A stretch of 64,000 nucleotides of DNA from Alphaproteobacteria bacterium (GTDB taxonomy: Bacteria > Pseudomonadota > Alphaproteobacteria > GCA-2731375), in assembly GCA_965232515.1 (NCBI GenBank), contig CBDDPY010000002.1, forward strand, positions 6,711,573 to 6,775,572, written 5' to 3'. Made by a program: the position numbers and the translations under genes. Of this stretch, positions 9,651-19,980 are shown piece by piece; the first letter of the stretch is position 1; each line of letters opens with the position of its first letter. The notes under the pieces were generated by a model, which saw nothing but the letters and a program-made list of their open reading frames with translations, was not told the DNA's origin and did not search any database.

Positions 9651-10400
9651 ATGGGCATCCTGCAGGGCAAAGCGTTGGTGGTGCTGGGCGCGCTGGTCGC
9701 GATAGGCGTTCTGGCCAGTCCCACGACAGGCCACGCGCTGGTCGAGACAAAAAAGCAGCCGTTCGTCAAAAACTCCGCGTTCATTGACTTCAAAAAGCTC
9801 GGCACGATCAGGAAGCTCAGCCTGGAGATCCAGAGTCTGGAACGAGTCGAGTTCAAACCGTTTGACAAGCCCAAGGGAAAGCCGAAGAAGAAGGGGCCTG
9901 TCTTCAAGTTCAGCGAGCCCATCCAGGGACCGACCGGCGGGCCGGTCGTCGACATTGAGCTGGTCTCACTGTCGCTTGTCAGCACAAGTCCGGTGTTGCT
10001 GGACGGCCAGACCGGGCACCTCGTGCTAACGCATGATCCCGCCCGGTCGAGTGGCGGACCGGGCATCATCAGGTTCGACGACAAATCCAAAAAGACCGGC
10101 AAGTTCGACGCGAAGTTCGAAAAGCTCCTGAAGCTGAAGCTGAAGGACGACAAGAACCAAAAGACCAAGGTCGACAAGGGCAAGATCGGGCTGCCAGTTA
10201 AATTCGACGGCGTCGCCTTCAGACAGCAGTCGCCGATCACGGTCACTGAGGCGTTCTGTATTGGCCCTCAGGATAGTTCGATCGCCGAATTCTGCCTGCG
10301 TCCGATACCCGAACCGCCGACACTGCTGCTGCTTGGTCTGGGTCTGACCGGGCTTGTCGCGGCATTCGCATTCGGGCGGCGCCGGGAACCGGCCGCATAA
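9651..10400 (+). CDS. PEP-CTERM sorting-domain protein, lysine-rich
   Basis: Signal peptide. C-terminus PIPEPPTLLLLGLGLTGLVAAFAFGRRR, i.e. a PEP motif, a TM helix and an Arg cluster. Central K-rich low-complexity region. GAGGAGGG RBS. Confidence 0.7.
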   Translation: MGILQGKALVVLGALVAIGVLASPTTGHALVETKKQPFVKNSAFIDFKKLGTIRKLSLEIQSLERVEFKPFDKPKGKPKKKGPVFKFSEPIQGPTGGPVVDIELVSLSLVSTSPVLLDGQTGHLVLTHDPARSSGGPGIIRFDDKSKKTGKFDAKFEKLLKLKLKDDKNQKTKVDKGKIGLPVKFDGVAFRQQSPITVTEAFCIGPQDSSIAEFCLRPIPEPPTLLLLGLGLTGLVAAFAFGRRREPAA

Positions 10401-10454
10401 AGGCAGCGGACCAAACAGCATAGCCGTTCAGTCAGTCTATTGACAGCGGCGCGC

Positions 10455-10823
10455 CTACCGCGCAGCGAGTTGTTCGACGGCTTTGACGATGTCGGCGTTG
10501 GCGAAGGGTTTGGTGATGAAGAGATCGGCGCCGCAGTCGAGGGCGGTTTCGCGGTCTTCGCGCTGGCCCTTGGCGGTCAGCACCAGCACCGGCAGGGTTT
10601 CCGCCCGGCGGTCGGCGCGCAGGCGGCGCAGGACTTCATAGCCGTCCAGTTCCGGCAGCATGACGTCAAGGATCATCACGTCGGGCGTGTCCGCCAGCGC
10701 GGCGTTCAAAGCCTTGCGCCCATCGGTTTCGACCGCCACGTCGAACCCCGCCCGTTCCAACAGAAAGGTCAGGGGTTCGACGATGTTCGGCTCGTCCTCC
10801 GCAAGCAGGACGCGCTTTGTCAT
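10455..10823 (-). CDS. Single-domain response regulator (CheY-like receiver)
   Basis: MTKRVLLAEDEPNI...DVMILDVMLPELDG...LVLTAKG. Carries the phospho-acceptor Asp and the conserved T and K. Confidence 0.8.
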   Translation of the reverse strand: MTKRVLLAEDEPNIVEPLTFLLERAGFDVAVETDGRKALNAALADTPDVMILDVMLPELDGYEVLRRLRADRRAETLPVLVLTAKGQREDRETALDCGADLFITKPFANADIVKAVEQLAAR

Positions 10824-10962
10824 GGTTAAGAATGTCCTCCCGTTGACGAACCGTCTTGCGTGAACGTCGGCAACGATTAGACGGTACCAGGGGCGTCTCT
10901 GCAATCGGGAATTGCCGGCAGAGGGGCAGGGCGGGTTGAATTCGGCCGTCCTGCGCGTCTAG

Positions 10963-12375
10963 CTACTCGGCCAATGGGTCTTCGACGCGGTGTCGGCAGC
11001 TCCGGCGCGGGCAGAGGCGGCAGCTTGGGCCGACCTCCTCGACCGGCGCCGAGGGTTCCGGGGCATAAACCGTTTGCTGCGCGTCGTCCTCGGTCATGGC
11101 CAGCATGTCGGTCACGTAGTGGCGCGGCTGGCCGAAGCCGGTCGCGCCGGCATTGCGGGCGCGGCCGACGAAGACGAAACGCGCGCCGGTCGGGAACTGC
11201 ACGCGCTGGCGCACGACGGTCTCGGGCGACTGCTGCGCGCAATAGAGCACCCAGAGCGGGCAGGCGGCGGCGTATCGCGGCACGGCGAGCCCGTCCAGAC
11301 CGAGCATTTCGATGATCGAGCCCGCCGCGTTGGCCCGGTAGTAGCCGAAGCGCGGCCGGCCATCGGCGCGCGGCAACGCGGTCAGCCGATGACAGACGGC
11401 GGTAACCTCGGCGGCAAATGCCGCCGCCAGCGCCTCGATATCGAAGCGCAGCTCGACAGCACGTTCCTTGAACGCCGCCATGGGCATCAGGATGGCGTCG
11501 ACCGCATAGTCCGATAAGGCCCGCCGCGCGCGTTCGCGGGCAGCCGCGGTTTCGATCTGCGGCTGGCGCTCGGTGATCTCGTCGATCAGGTCGCGCAGCC
11601 GTTCGTCCGTCAATGCGCGGGCCGCTGCGCGTTGGGCGGCGGCGTGTCCGCCGTTGATTTCCGGCGCGAGCGTGGCGGCGGCTGTTTCGATCTCGTTGAA
11701 ATGATTCTCGCGTGCGTCGAACAGAGCTTCCACCTCGTCCAGCGGCGTGAGCGTCCGGTCCGGCTCGTCGGCCTTGTCGAGATAGGCCGCCAGCGCCTCG
11801 CCGACATCCGACAGCGCCCGGCTTTCCTCGTGGATGATGCGGTGGAACCGGTCGCGCCGGTCGGCCGGCGCGTCGGGAAACTCGGTCAGGATTTCGGCGG
11901 CCGAGCGGACCGCCGCGATCCGTGTCAGCATACGATGCACGGTCTCGCCCAGGAACGGATCGTTCGACAGGCGGTCGGTCAGCGTCTGCGCCAGCGCCGT
12001 CGCTTGGCGTTCCGAGCGGGCGAGCGCGGCCAGCCCCCGGGCCCAGCCGGGAAACCGTCCGATCAGCTCGCCCGTGCGCTGGTCCTCGATGCCGAGGGTG
12101 CCGAGCGAGGGGAGGTGGGCGATCTCGGTGAGCGTCTCGAGCAGGCGGCGTTCGGCCGCGCCGTCGAGATCGTCCAGTTCCAGGTCCAGGGCCTCGGCGG
12201 TCTTGCGCAGCAGGGTGCCCGCGATCCGCCGTTTGTTCAGCTCGATCAGATTCAGATAGGAGGCGGAGATGCCGATCCGTTCCGCGAGCGCGACCTGGGT
12301 GATGCCGATCTCGCGCCGGCGCTGGCGGATGCGGGTGCCGAGGATCGAACGATCCATCTCGGAAAGCTGTTTCAT
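10963..12375 (-). CDS. XRE-family HTH regulator with large C-terminal domain (RamB/ScfR-like)
   Basis: N-terminal LGTRIRQRRREIGITQVALAERIGISASYLNLIE HTH. 470 aa, the size of RamB-type regulators. Confidence 0.65.
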   Translation of the reverse strand: MKQLSEMDRSILGTRIRQRRREIGITQVALAERIGISASYLNLIELNKRRIAGTLLRKTAEALDLELDDLDGAAERRLLETLTEIAHLPSLGTLGIEDQRTGELIGRFPGWARGLAALARSERQATALAQTLTDRLSNDPFLGETVHRMLTRIAAVRSAAEILTEFPDAPADRRDRFHRIIHEESRALSDVGEALAAYLDKADEPDRTLTPLDEVEALFDARENHFNEIETAAATLAPEINGGHAAAQRAAARALTDERLRDLIDEITERQPQIETAAARERARRALSDYAVDAILMPMAAFKERAVELRFDIEALAAAFAAEVTAVCHRLTALPRADGRPRFGYYRANAAGSIIEMLGLDGLAVPRYAAACPLWVLYCAQQSPETVVRQRVQFPTGARFVFVGRARNAGATGFGQPRHYVTDMLAMTEDDAQQTVYAPEPSAPVEEVGPSCRLCPRRSCRHRVEDPLAE

Positions 12376-12437
12376 AACAGCGGCTTGTCCTTCCGATCTG
12401 TAAAGAATTTACAAGCAAGTCGGTATCGCGAGGAGAA

Positions 12438-12488
12438 TTTTGACAAAAAAGTTAATAAAATTCAAATACTTATTGCTGATTTGACAAA
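12438..12488. promoter_or_regulatory. AT-rich intergenic region with two TTTGACAAA direct repeats
   Basis: TTTGACAAA at 12438-12446 and again at 12480-12488, 42 bp apart. Each contains a TTGACA -35-like hexamer. Located upstream of the ABC operon. Confidence 0.3.
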
Positions 12489-12604
12489 TCTCCCGCAGCT
12501 TATTGCCAGGGTCGATCGAAATCGCCCAAGGCCGAAACAGCACCGCGAAGCCTGGCTTCCGCCTTCGGCACCAACAACGACAAACACGCTAAGGGAGAAC
12601 ATTC

Positions 12605-13945
12605 ATGAGCAAGTGGGATATCAGTCGTCGCGGTCTGCTGAAGAGCTCCGCCGCGATGGGCGTCGGTCTCGCCGCGCCGACCATCTTTACCAGCAGCGCC
12701 TGGGCCACGAGCTATACCAACGAGCCGAAGGGCGCGACCGTCACGCTGGGCTTCAACGTGCCCCAGACCGGCGCCTATGCCGATGAGGGCGCCGACGAGC
12801 TGCGTGCGTATCAGCTCGCCGTCGAGCACATCAACGGCGAGGGCGACGGCGGCATGCTCAACACCTTTTCGTCGAAGGCACTGACGGGCAAGGGCATCAA
12901 TGGCAAGAAAGTCGAATACGTTACCGGCGACACCCAGACCAAGTCCGACGCCGCCCGCGCCAGCGCCAAGCGCATGATCGAGAAGGACGGCGCCATCATG
13001 ATCACCGGCGGCTCGTCGTCGGGCGTGGCGATCGCGGTACAGGGCCTGTGCCAGGACGCCGGCGTCATCTTCATGGCCGGCCTGACCCACTCGAACGACA
13101 CCACCGGCAAGGACAAGCGCGCCAACGGCTTCCGCCACTTCTTCAATACCGAGATGTCGGGCGCGGCGCTCGGTCCGGTGCTGAAGAATGCCTTCGGGTC
13201 CGACCGCGTCGCCTATCACCTGACGGCCGACTACACCTGGGGTTGGAGCCAGGAAGGCTCGATCATCAAGTATTCCGAGGAGCTCGGCTGGCAGACCTCC
13301 GCCGCGGTGCGCACGCCGCTCGGCGCCGGCGATTTCTCGCAGTACATCACGCCGGTCCTGAATTCGGGCGCCGACGTGCTGGTCCTGAATCACTACGGCC
13401 GCGACATGGTCAACTCGCTGACCCAGGCCGTGCAGTTCGGCCTGCGCGACAAGCAGGTCAACGGCAAGGACTTCGCCATCGTCGTGCCGCTCTACAGCCG
13501 CCTGATGGCACAGGGCGCCGGCGAGAACGTGAAGGGCATCTTCGGCTCGACCAACTGGCACTGGTCGCTGCAGGACGAGGGCTCGAAGGCCTTCGTGAAG
13601 TCGTTCGGCCAGAAGTACGGCTTCCCGCCGAGCCAGGCCGCACACACCTGCTACTGCCAGGCCATCCTCTATGCCGACGCCTGCGAGCGCGCCGGCACCT
13701 TCCGGCCGTCCGCTGTCGGCAAGCAGCTGGAAGGCTTCAAGTTCGACGGCCTTGGCAACGGTCCGACCGAATACCGCGCCGAGGACCACCAGTGCTTCAA
13801 GGACGTGCTGGTGGTGAAGGGCAAGGAGAACCCGTCCTCGAAGTTCGACGTGCTCGAAGTCGTCGAGGTCACGCCGCGTGCGCAGGTGGAGTATCCCGCC
13901 TCGATGCTGGGCGGCGAGCTGGGGCCGTACAACGACGGCGCCTGA
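12605..13945 (+). CDS. ABC transporter substrate-binding protein (HAAT/Liv-type, periplasmic binding protein type 1) with Tat signal
   Basis: SRRGLLKSSAAMGVGLAAP twin-arginine signal. Liv/amide/urea-type binding protein architecture. AAGGGAG RBS. Confidence 0.8.
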   Translation: MSKWDISRRGLLKSSAAMGVGLAAPTIFTSSAWATSYTNEPKGATVTLGFNVPQTGAYADEGADELRAYQLAVEHINGEGDGGMLNTFSSKALTGKGINGKKVEYVTGDTQTKSDAARASAKRMIEKDGAIMITGGSSSGVAIAVQGLCQDAGVIFMAGLTHSNDTTGKDKRANGFRHFFNTEMSGAALGPVLKNAFGSDRVAYHLTADYTWGWSQEGSIIKYSEELGWQTSAAVRTPLGAGDFSQYITPVLNSGADVLVLNHYGRDMVNSLTQAVQFGLRDKQVNGKDFAIVVPLYSRLMAQGAGENVKGIFGSTNWHWSLQDEGSKAFVKSFGQKYGFPPSQAAHTCYCQAILYADACERAGTFRPSAVGKQLEGFKFDGLGNGPTEYRAEDHQCFKDVLVVKGKENPSSKFDVLEVVEVTPRAQVEYPASMLGGELGPYNDGA

Positions 13946-14023
13946 TGTTCCTGACCTGACCAACTTCCGGTCGTCCCCGAAACAAACACCGGGGACGACC
14001 GGCCCCTCGGGGGAGCCCGAACC

Positions 14024-15052
14024 ATGGATGCGATATTCCTGCAGATCCTGAATGGCCTGGACAAGGGCGGCGCCTACGCCCTGATCGCGTTGGGTCTGAC
14101 AATCATTTTCGGCACGCTCGGCGTCGTGAACTTCGCGCACGGCGCGCTGTTCATGCTCGGCGCGTTTTGCGCGGTTTCGGTGAAAGCTTTGTTGAGCCTC
14201 GAGAAGGTTACGCTCGATCCCGAAAAGGTGACGGCTTGGGGCTCGCCGATGGAGATCCGCACGCCTTATGTCGAGGCGTGGCTCGGCGATTTCGGCAGCA
14301 CCCTGCTGAATTACTCCGTGCCGGTCTCGATCCTGATCGCCATTCCCGTGATGCTCTTGATCGGCATCGCCATGGAGCGCGGGCTCATTCGGTTTTTCTA
14401 TAAACGGCCGCACGCCGAACAGATCCTGGTGACCTTCGGCCTGGCGATCGTCATTCAGGAGATCGTCAAGGGGCAGTTCGGCGCCAACCCGATCCCGCAG
14501 CCGGCGCCCGATGCCGCCAAGGGCATGGTCGACTTCGGCGTCGCGCTTGGCTTCCAGGCCGGCAACGTGGTCTATCCGGCCTGGCGGCTGATCTATTTCC
14601 TGTTTTCGGTCTTGGTGATCGGCGCCGTCTTCGCGTTTCTGAGGTTCACGACGTTCGGCATGGTGGTCCGCGCTGGCATGGCCGACCGAGAGACGGTGGG
14701 TCTGCTCGGCATCGACATTGACCGGCGCTTCACCATCGTGTTCGGCATTGCCGCCGTGGTCGCCGGCCTGGCGGGCGTGATGTACACGCCGATCCTCAGC
14801 CCCGACTACCACATGGGCATGGATTTCCTGGTCTTGAGCTTCGTCGTCGTCGTGGTCGGCGGCATGGGCTCGCTCGGCGGCGCCGTCGCCGCCGGCTTCA
14901 TGCTCGGCATCCTGCAGAGCTTCGCCTCGATGAACGAGGTCAAGAACATCCTGCCCGGCATCGATCAGATCATCATCTACCTGATCGCCGTCGTCATTCT
15001 GCTGGTGCGCCCCCGTGGCCTGATGGGCCGCAAGGGCGTCATGGAGCACTGA
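14024..15052 (+). CDS. Branched-chain amino acid-type ABC permease (LivH/UrtB-like)
   Basis: Polytopic. Motifs LNGLDKGGAYALIALGLTIIFG and NFAHGALFMLGAF. Confidence 0.85.
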   Translation: MDAIFLQILNGLDKGGAYALIALGLTIIFGTLGVVNFAHGALFMLGAFCAVSVKALLSLEKVTLDPEKVTAWGSPMEIRTPYVEAWLGDFGSTLLNYSVPVSILIAIPVMLLIGIAMERGLIRFFYKRPHAEQILVTFGLAIVIQEIVKGQFGANPIPQPAPDAAKGMVDFGVALGFQAGNVVYPAWRLIYFLFSVLVIGAVFAFLRFTTFGMVVRAGMADRETVGLLGIDIDRRFTIVFGIAAVVAGLAGVMYTPILSPDYHMGMDFLVLSFVVVVVGGMGSLGGAVAAGFMLGILQSFASMNEVKNILPGIDQIIIYLIAVVILLVRPRGLMGRKGVMEH

Positions 15053-15055
15053 GCC

Positions 15056-16207
15056 ATGACCCAAGCCATCAAGAAACAGAGCGACCTGATCCTGCTGGTC
15101 TGCTTCGCCGCCGCGGTGCTGGCCGGCCCGGTCATCCTGGCGCCGATCGGCGCGGGCTATCCCGACCTGCTGCAGAAGTTCGCGATCTTCGGCATCTTCG
15201 CGCTGGGATTCAATATCCTCTTCGGCCTCACCGGCTACCTGTCCTTCGGCCACGCCGCGTTCCTGGGCGTCGGCTCCTACACGGCGGTGTGGACGTTCAA
15301 GCTGCTCAGCATGAACCCGATCCCGGCGATCATCTTCGCCACGTTGATCGGCGGTCTGTTCGCCGCCCTGATCGGCTTCATCTCGTTGCGGCGCTCGGGC
15401 ATCTACTTCTCGATCCTGACGCTCGCCTTCGCGCAGATGAGCTACAACCTCGCCTATTCGGTGCTGACGCCGATCACCAACGGCGAGACCGGCCTGCAGC
15501 TGGCGCAGTCCGACCCGCGGGTGCTGGACGTCGCCTTCGGGCGCGATTACGGCGCCGTGCTGCCGTCGTCCGACCTGTTCGGCCTCACCATGACCGGCTA
15601 TCCCGGCTTTTACTTCTGCGCGATGATGCTGATCCTCTGCTTCTTCATCTCGATGCGCATCTTCCGTTCGCCGTTCGGCATGATGCTACGCGCGGTGAAG
15701 TCGAACCAGAACCGGATGAACTACACCGGGCTCAACACCCGGCCCTACGCGATGGCGGCGTTCGTGATTTCAGGCATGTATGCGGGCCTGGCCGGCGGCC
15801 TGATGGCGGTGACCGACCCGCTGGCGGGCGCCGAGCGCATGCAGTGGACGGCGTCCGGCGAGGTCGTGCTGATGACCATTCTTGGCGGCGCCGGCACCTT
15901 GCTCGGCCCCGTCATCGGCGCGGGCGCGATCAAGTACTTCGAGAACATCTTCTCCGCCTTCAACGAGGGCATCCTGATGCAGGCTTTCGACTTCCTGCCG
16001 GAAGGGTTGCAGCACCTCATGGTGTCGCTGACGTCACTGTTCGTCGGCGAGGGCTGGCACCTGACGCTGGGCGCCTTGTTCATGATCATCGTGATCTTCC
16101 TGCCGGGCGGCCTGATGGAAGGCTTCAACCGCCTGCGGGGCTGGATCGCGGGCCGCTTCGGCGGTGGCGGCGGCGCGCCCGAATTGTCGCCGGCGACGGC
16201 AGGCTAG
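15056..16207 (+). CDS. Branched-chain amino acid-type ABC permease (LivM/UrtC-like)
   Basis: Polytopic. [16 protein letters not shown] motif. Confidence 0.85.
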   Translation: MTQAIKKQSDLILLVCFAAAVLAGPVILAPIGAGYPDLLQKFAIFGIFALGFNILFGLTGYLSFGHAAFLGVGSYTAVWTFKLLSMNPIPAIIFATLIGGLFAALIGFISLRRSGIYFSILTLAFAQMSYNLAYSVLTPITNGETGLQLAQSDPRVLDVAFGRDYGAVLPSSDLFGLTMTGYPGFYFCAMMLILCFFISMRIFRSPFGMMLRAVKSNQNRMNYTGLNTRPYAMAAFVISGMYAGLAGGLMAVTDPLAGAERMQWTASGEVVLMTILGGAGTLLGPVIGAGAIKYFENIFSAFNEGILMQAFDFLPEGLQHLMVSLTSLFVGEGWHLTLGALFMIIVIFLPGGLMEGFNRLRGWIAGRFGGGGGAPELSPATAG

Positions 16208-16218
16208 GGGAGGTCGAT

Positions 16219-16970
16219 ATGAACATTCTCTCGGTCCAGAACGTCAACAAGCATTTTGGCGGCCTGCAGGCGCTGAACGAGGTGAACCTCGAGGTCGAGG
16301 CCGGCACGGTGCACGCCATCATCGGCCCGAACGGGGCAGGCAAGTCGACGTTGCTTAACTGCTTCGTCGGCCGGCTCGAGCCGGACACCGGCTCGGTCAT
16401 GTTCGACGGCCAGTCGCTGCTGGGCATCAAGCCGCACGAGATCAACCAGACCGGCGTCGCCCGCGTGTTTCAGACGCCAGAGATCTTTGGCGACCTGACC
16501 CTGCTGGACAATGTGATGATTCCCGCCTTCGCCAAGCGGGACGGCGCCTTCACCATGAACGCCTGGGGGTCCGTCGCGGGCGAGGCCGACATCTATTCCA
16601 AGGCGATGACCATGCTGTCCGACGTCGGCCTCGCCAATCAGGCGCACGACATCGCCGGTCAGTTGTCGCGTGGCGACAAGCGGCGGCTGGAACTGGCCAT
16701 GTGCCTGGTGCAGGACCCGAAGCTCTTGCTGCTCGACGAGCCGACGGCCGGCATGGCCCGGGCCGACACCAACAACACCATCGACCTGATGAAGCGGATC
16801 GCCGAGAGCGGCGTCACCATGGTGGTGATCGAGCACGACATGCACGTGGTGTTTTCGCTGGCCGACAAGATCAGCGTCCTGGCGCAGGGTACCGTGATCG
16901 CCGAGGGCCTGCCGGACAGCATCAAAGGAGATCCGCGCGTCCAGGAAGCCTATCTCGGAGGAGCCCACCT

Positions 16971-16974
<4 letters not shown>
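16219..16974 (+). CDS. ABC transporter ATP-binding protein (LivG/UrtD-like)
   Basis: Walker A GPNGAGKST, signature LSRGDKRRLELA, Walker B LLLLDEP. Confidence 0.85.
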
Positions 16975-17801
<827 letters not shown>

Positions 17802-17832
17802 TCGCACCCGCGCCGTTCGGGAGAGAGGACGG

Positions 17833-18522
17833 ATGCCCGAGCCCGCCGCCGGAATGCAGTTGCCGCTCGCGCTGAATACGAAGCTCGAAGAGGACTTCAT
17901 CTCGCCGCTGACCGCGGTGCGCGGCGCGATCGAGATCCTGCGCGACTATCCGGACCTGGCGGCCGACGAGCGAAACCGGTTCATCGAAACGGCGCTGCGC
18001 GAATGCGCCCGGCTGGAAAAGGGCGTGGCGGACCTGGCCGAGACGGTCTACGCCGCCGGCCAGCGCGCGCATCTGCGGCCGGCCACCAGTCTGTCGCCGG
18101 AGACCTATCGCGAATATGCCGGCCGCATCCGCTTCCACGACGCCATCGACGTGGTCGAGATCGATTTCAGCGACTTCGCCTTCCGCAACTCGAAGATCGT
18201 CAATGACTTCCATGACGTTATCGAGGCCGAGGTGAGCGCGACCGGCCGCGACTGGTATTTCGTCGTCAACCACCAGGCCTGCAGTGTCTGGCCGGAAGCC
18301 TGGGTCGCTTTTGCGCACCGCGGCAAGAAGGTGCAGGTGGCCCATGCGCTCGCAACGGTCCGCTATGCGGCCGAGCCCGACTCCGGTGACCAGTCATCGA
18401 ACGCGTCGCGCGCCGGCCACGACCCCAACATGTTTGCGTCGAGAGACCTTGCTCTGGCGCACGTTGAAGAGTTGCGCCATGCCGCCGACCTGACGCCGCC
18501 GCAACGACAACATCGACACTAG
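17833..18522 (+). CDS. Hypothetical protein with HisKA-like N-terminal helix (phosphotransfer-like?)
   Basis: EEDFISPLTAVRGAIEIL resembles a histidine-kinase dimerisation segment, but the His is replaced and there is no ATPase domain. Confidence 0.35.
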   Translation: MPEPAAGMQLPLALNTKLEEDFISPLTAVRGAIEILRDYPDLAADERNRFIETALRECARLEKGVADLAETVYAAGQRAHLRPATSLSPETYREYAGRIRFHDAIDVVEIDFSDFAFRNSKIVNDFHDVIEAEVSATGRDWYFVVNHQACSVWPEAWVAFAHRGKKVQVAHALATVRYAAEPDSGDQSSNASRAGHDPNMFASRDLALAHVEELRHAADLTPPQRQHRH

Positions 18523-18662
18523 ACCCGTCACGTCGGTTGCTCGCCGGTTTGGCCACAACCGAGATCTGCGCGTCAGCAATCTTGCTGATTGAATATCACC
18601 GATTTTCTACAGACTCGGAAAAATAGAATCGATACCATTTATGCGAATCAATAAGGGTATTA

Positions 18663-19922
18663 ATGAGGGCAAGCATCGTGTCTGGCGATATCGACGTCAG
18701 CAACACCATGAAGTTGCTGAATGATGCCGAGTTGATTTTTCCCGAGGCAATTTCATTCTTCGCCGGCCGGCCGCCAGACAGATTTATCGAAACCGCGCGC
18801 GTGCCCGCGTGGCTCGCGAACTTCGTCGACAAGAACAAGACGATCGATATCGGTGCCGGCGACGACGCCTGGCTGACGATCGGTCAATACGCCGCGACAA
18901 ACGGCATCATGCTGGAGGCGGCAACGCGCTATCTCGCGAACGATGCCGACATCCGCGTCGCGCCCGAGGCCTGCATGATCACAAACGGGGCGCAGGAGGC
19001 GGTGACCATTTGCCTTGCGGGACTGGTCGGGCAAAATCGCTGCGTGCTGGCGGCCGATCCGACCTATATCGGCCTGACTGGCGCCGCCGACGTCCTCGAC
19101 ATCGCTGTCGAGGTCGTGCCCGACGACCTTGAGTTCGTCGACCGGGTCGAGCATGCGCTCGTCGACCGCGGGCCCGATCAGCTGCCGGTCGGCGCGCTTT
19201 ACCTGGTGCCGGACTTCGCCAACCCGTCGAGCCGCCATCTCTCGGTCGCCGAGCGCCGCCGCCTGATCGAGCTCGCAGACCGCCACGACTTTTATATCCT
19301 CGAAGATGTGGCCTACCGCTGGTTCGCCTACGACGGCCGCTCGACGCCGCCGATGAAGTCGCTCGACGACGTGGGCCGTGTCATTTACATCGAGACCTTC
19401 GCCAAGACCTTTCTGCCGGGCGTGCGGCTGGCCATCATGGTGGCCGACCGTGCCGTCGAAGGCGGCACTCTGGCACAGCAGCTGGCGGCCATCAAAAGCT
19501 ATGTCTCGGTGAATACGTCGCCGTTGAACCAGGCGATCTTGGCCGGGTTCCTGGACGAACAGAACTACTCGCTTGCCGATTGGATGGCGCCGCGCCGCGC
19601 CTCGCTGCAGTCCCGGCGCGACGCCTTCGACCGCGCCTTGACGGCGCATTTCGGCACCGGCGCCAATGCCATCGCGCGCTGGGAGCTGCCGCTCGGCGGC
19701 TTCTTCTTCCGGCTGCAGATCGGCGCGAGCTTCGGCATCGACGATTTTCTGCGTTGCGCCCGCGATGGCGGCGTCATCGCCATGCCCATGTGCTGCTTCT
19801 CGACCGCGGGCGGGCATGCCGACGAGATCAGGCTGTCGTTCAGCAACAACACGGCCGAGGACATCGCCGAAGGTGTCGCGCGTCTCGCCGCCTTTCTCGA
19901 AAACCACAATCCGGCGACTTGA
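18663..19922 (+). CDS. PLP-dependent aminotransferase class I/II family protein
   Basis: Fold-type I layout with IETFAKTF (Schiff-base lysine) and FYILEDVAYRWF. Confidence 0.65.
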   Translation: MRASIVSGDIDVSNTMKLLNDAELIFPEAISFFAGRPPDRFIETARVPAWLANFVDKNKTIDIGAGDDAWLTIGQYAATNGIMLEAATRYLANDADIRVAPEACMITNGAQEAVTICLAGLVGQNRCVLAADPTYIGLTGAADVLDIAVEVVPDDLEFVDRVEHALVDRGPDQLPVGALYLVPDFANPSSRHLSVAERRRLIELADRHDFYILEDVAYRWFAYDGRSTPPMKSLDDVGRVIYIETFAKTFLPGVRLAIMVADRAVEGGTLAQQLAAIKSYVSVNTSPLNQAILAGFLDEQNYSLADWMAPRRASLQSRRDAFDRALTAHFGTGANAIARWELPLGGFFFRLQIGASFGIDDFLRCARDGGVIAMPMCCFSTAGGHADEIRLSFSNNTAEDIAEGVARLAAFLENHNPAT

Positions 19923-19980
19923 AAAGTCGACTGGTGTCAGTAAGTTAAGCGATTTTTGTGAAGTTGTTTGTCGAAAGCGA

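Noticed and set aside
9554-10246. 230-aa minus-strand ORF opposite the PEP-CTERM gene
   Set aside because: Antisense to a gene with a clear signal peptide and PEP-CTERM terminus. There is no RBS and no motif.
12500-15253. 917-aa minus-strand ORF spanning the ABC substrate-binding and permease genes
   Set aside because: Antisense artefact. It is highly charged and low-complexity (runs of R, D, G, H), and the plus-strand genes have canonical ABC motifs and an RBS.
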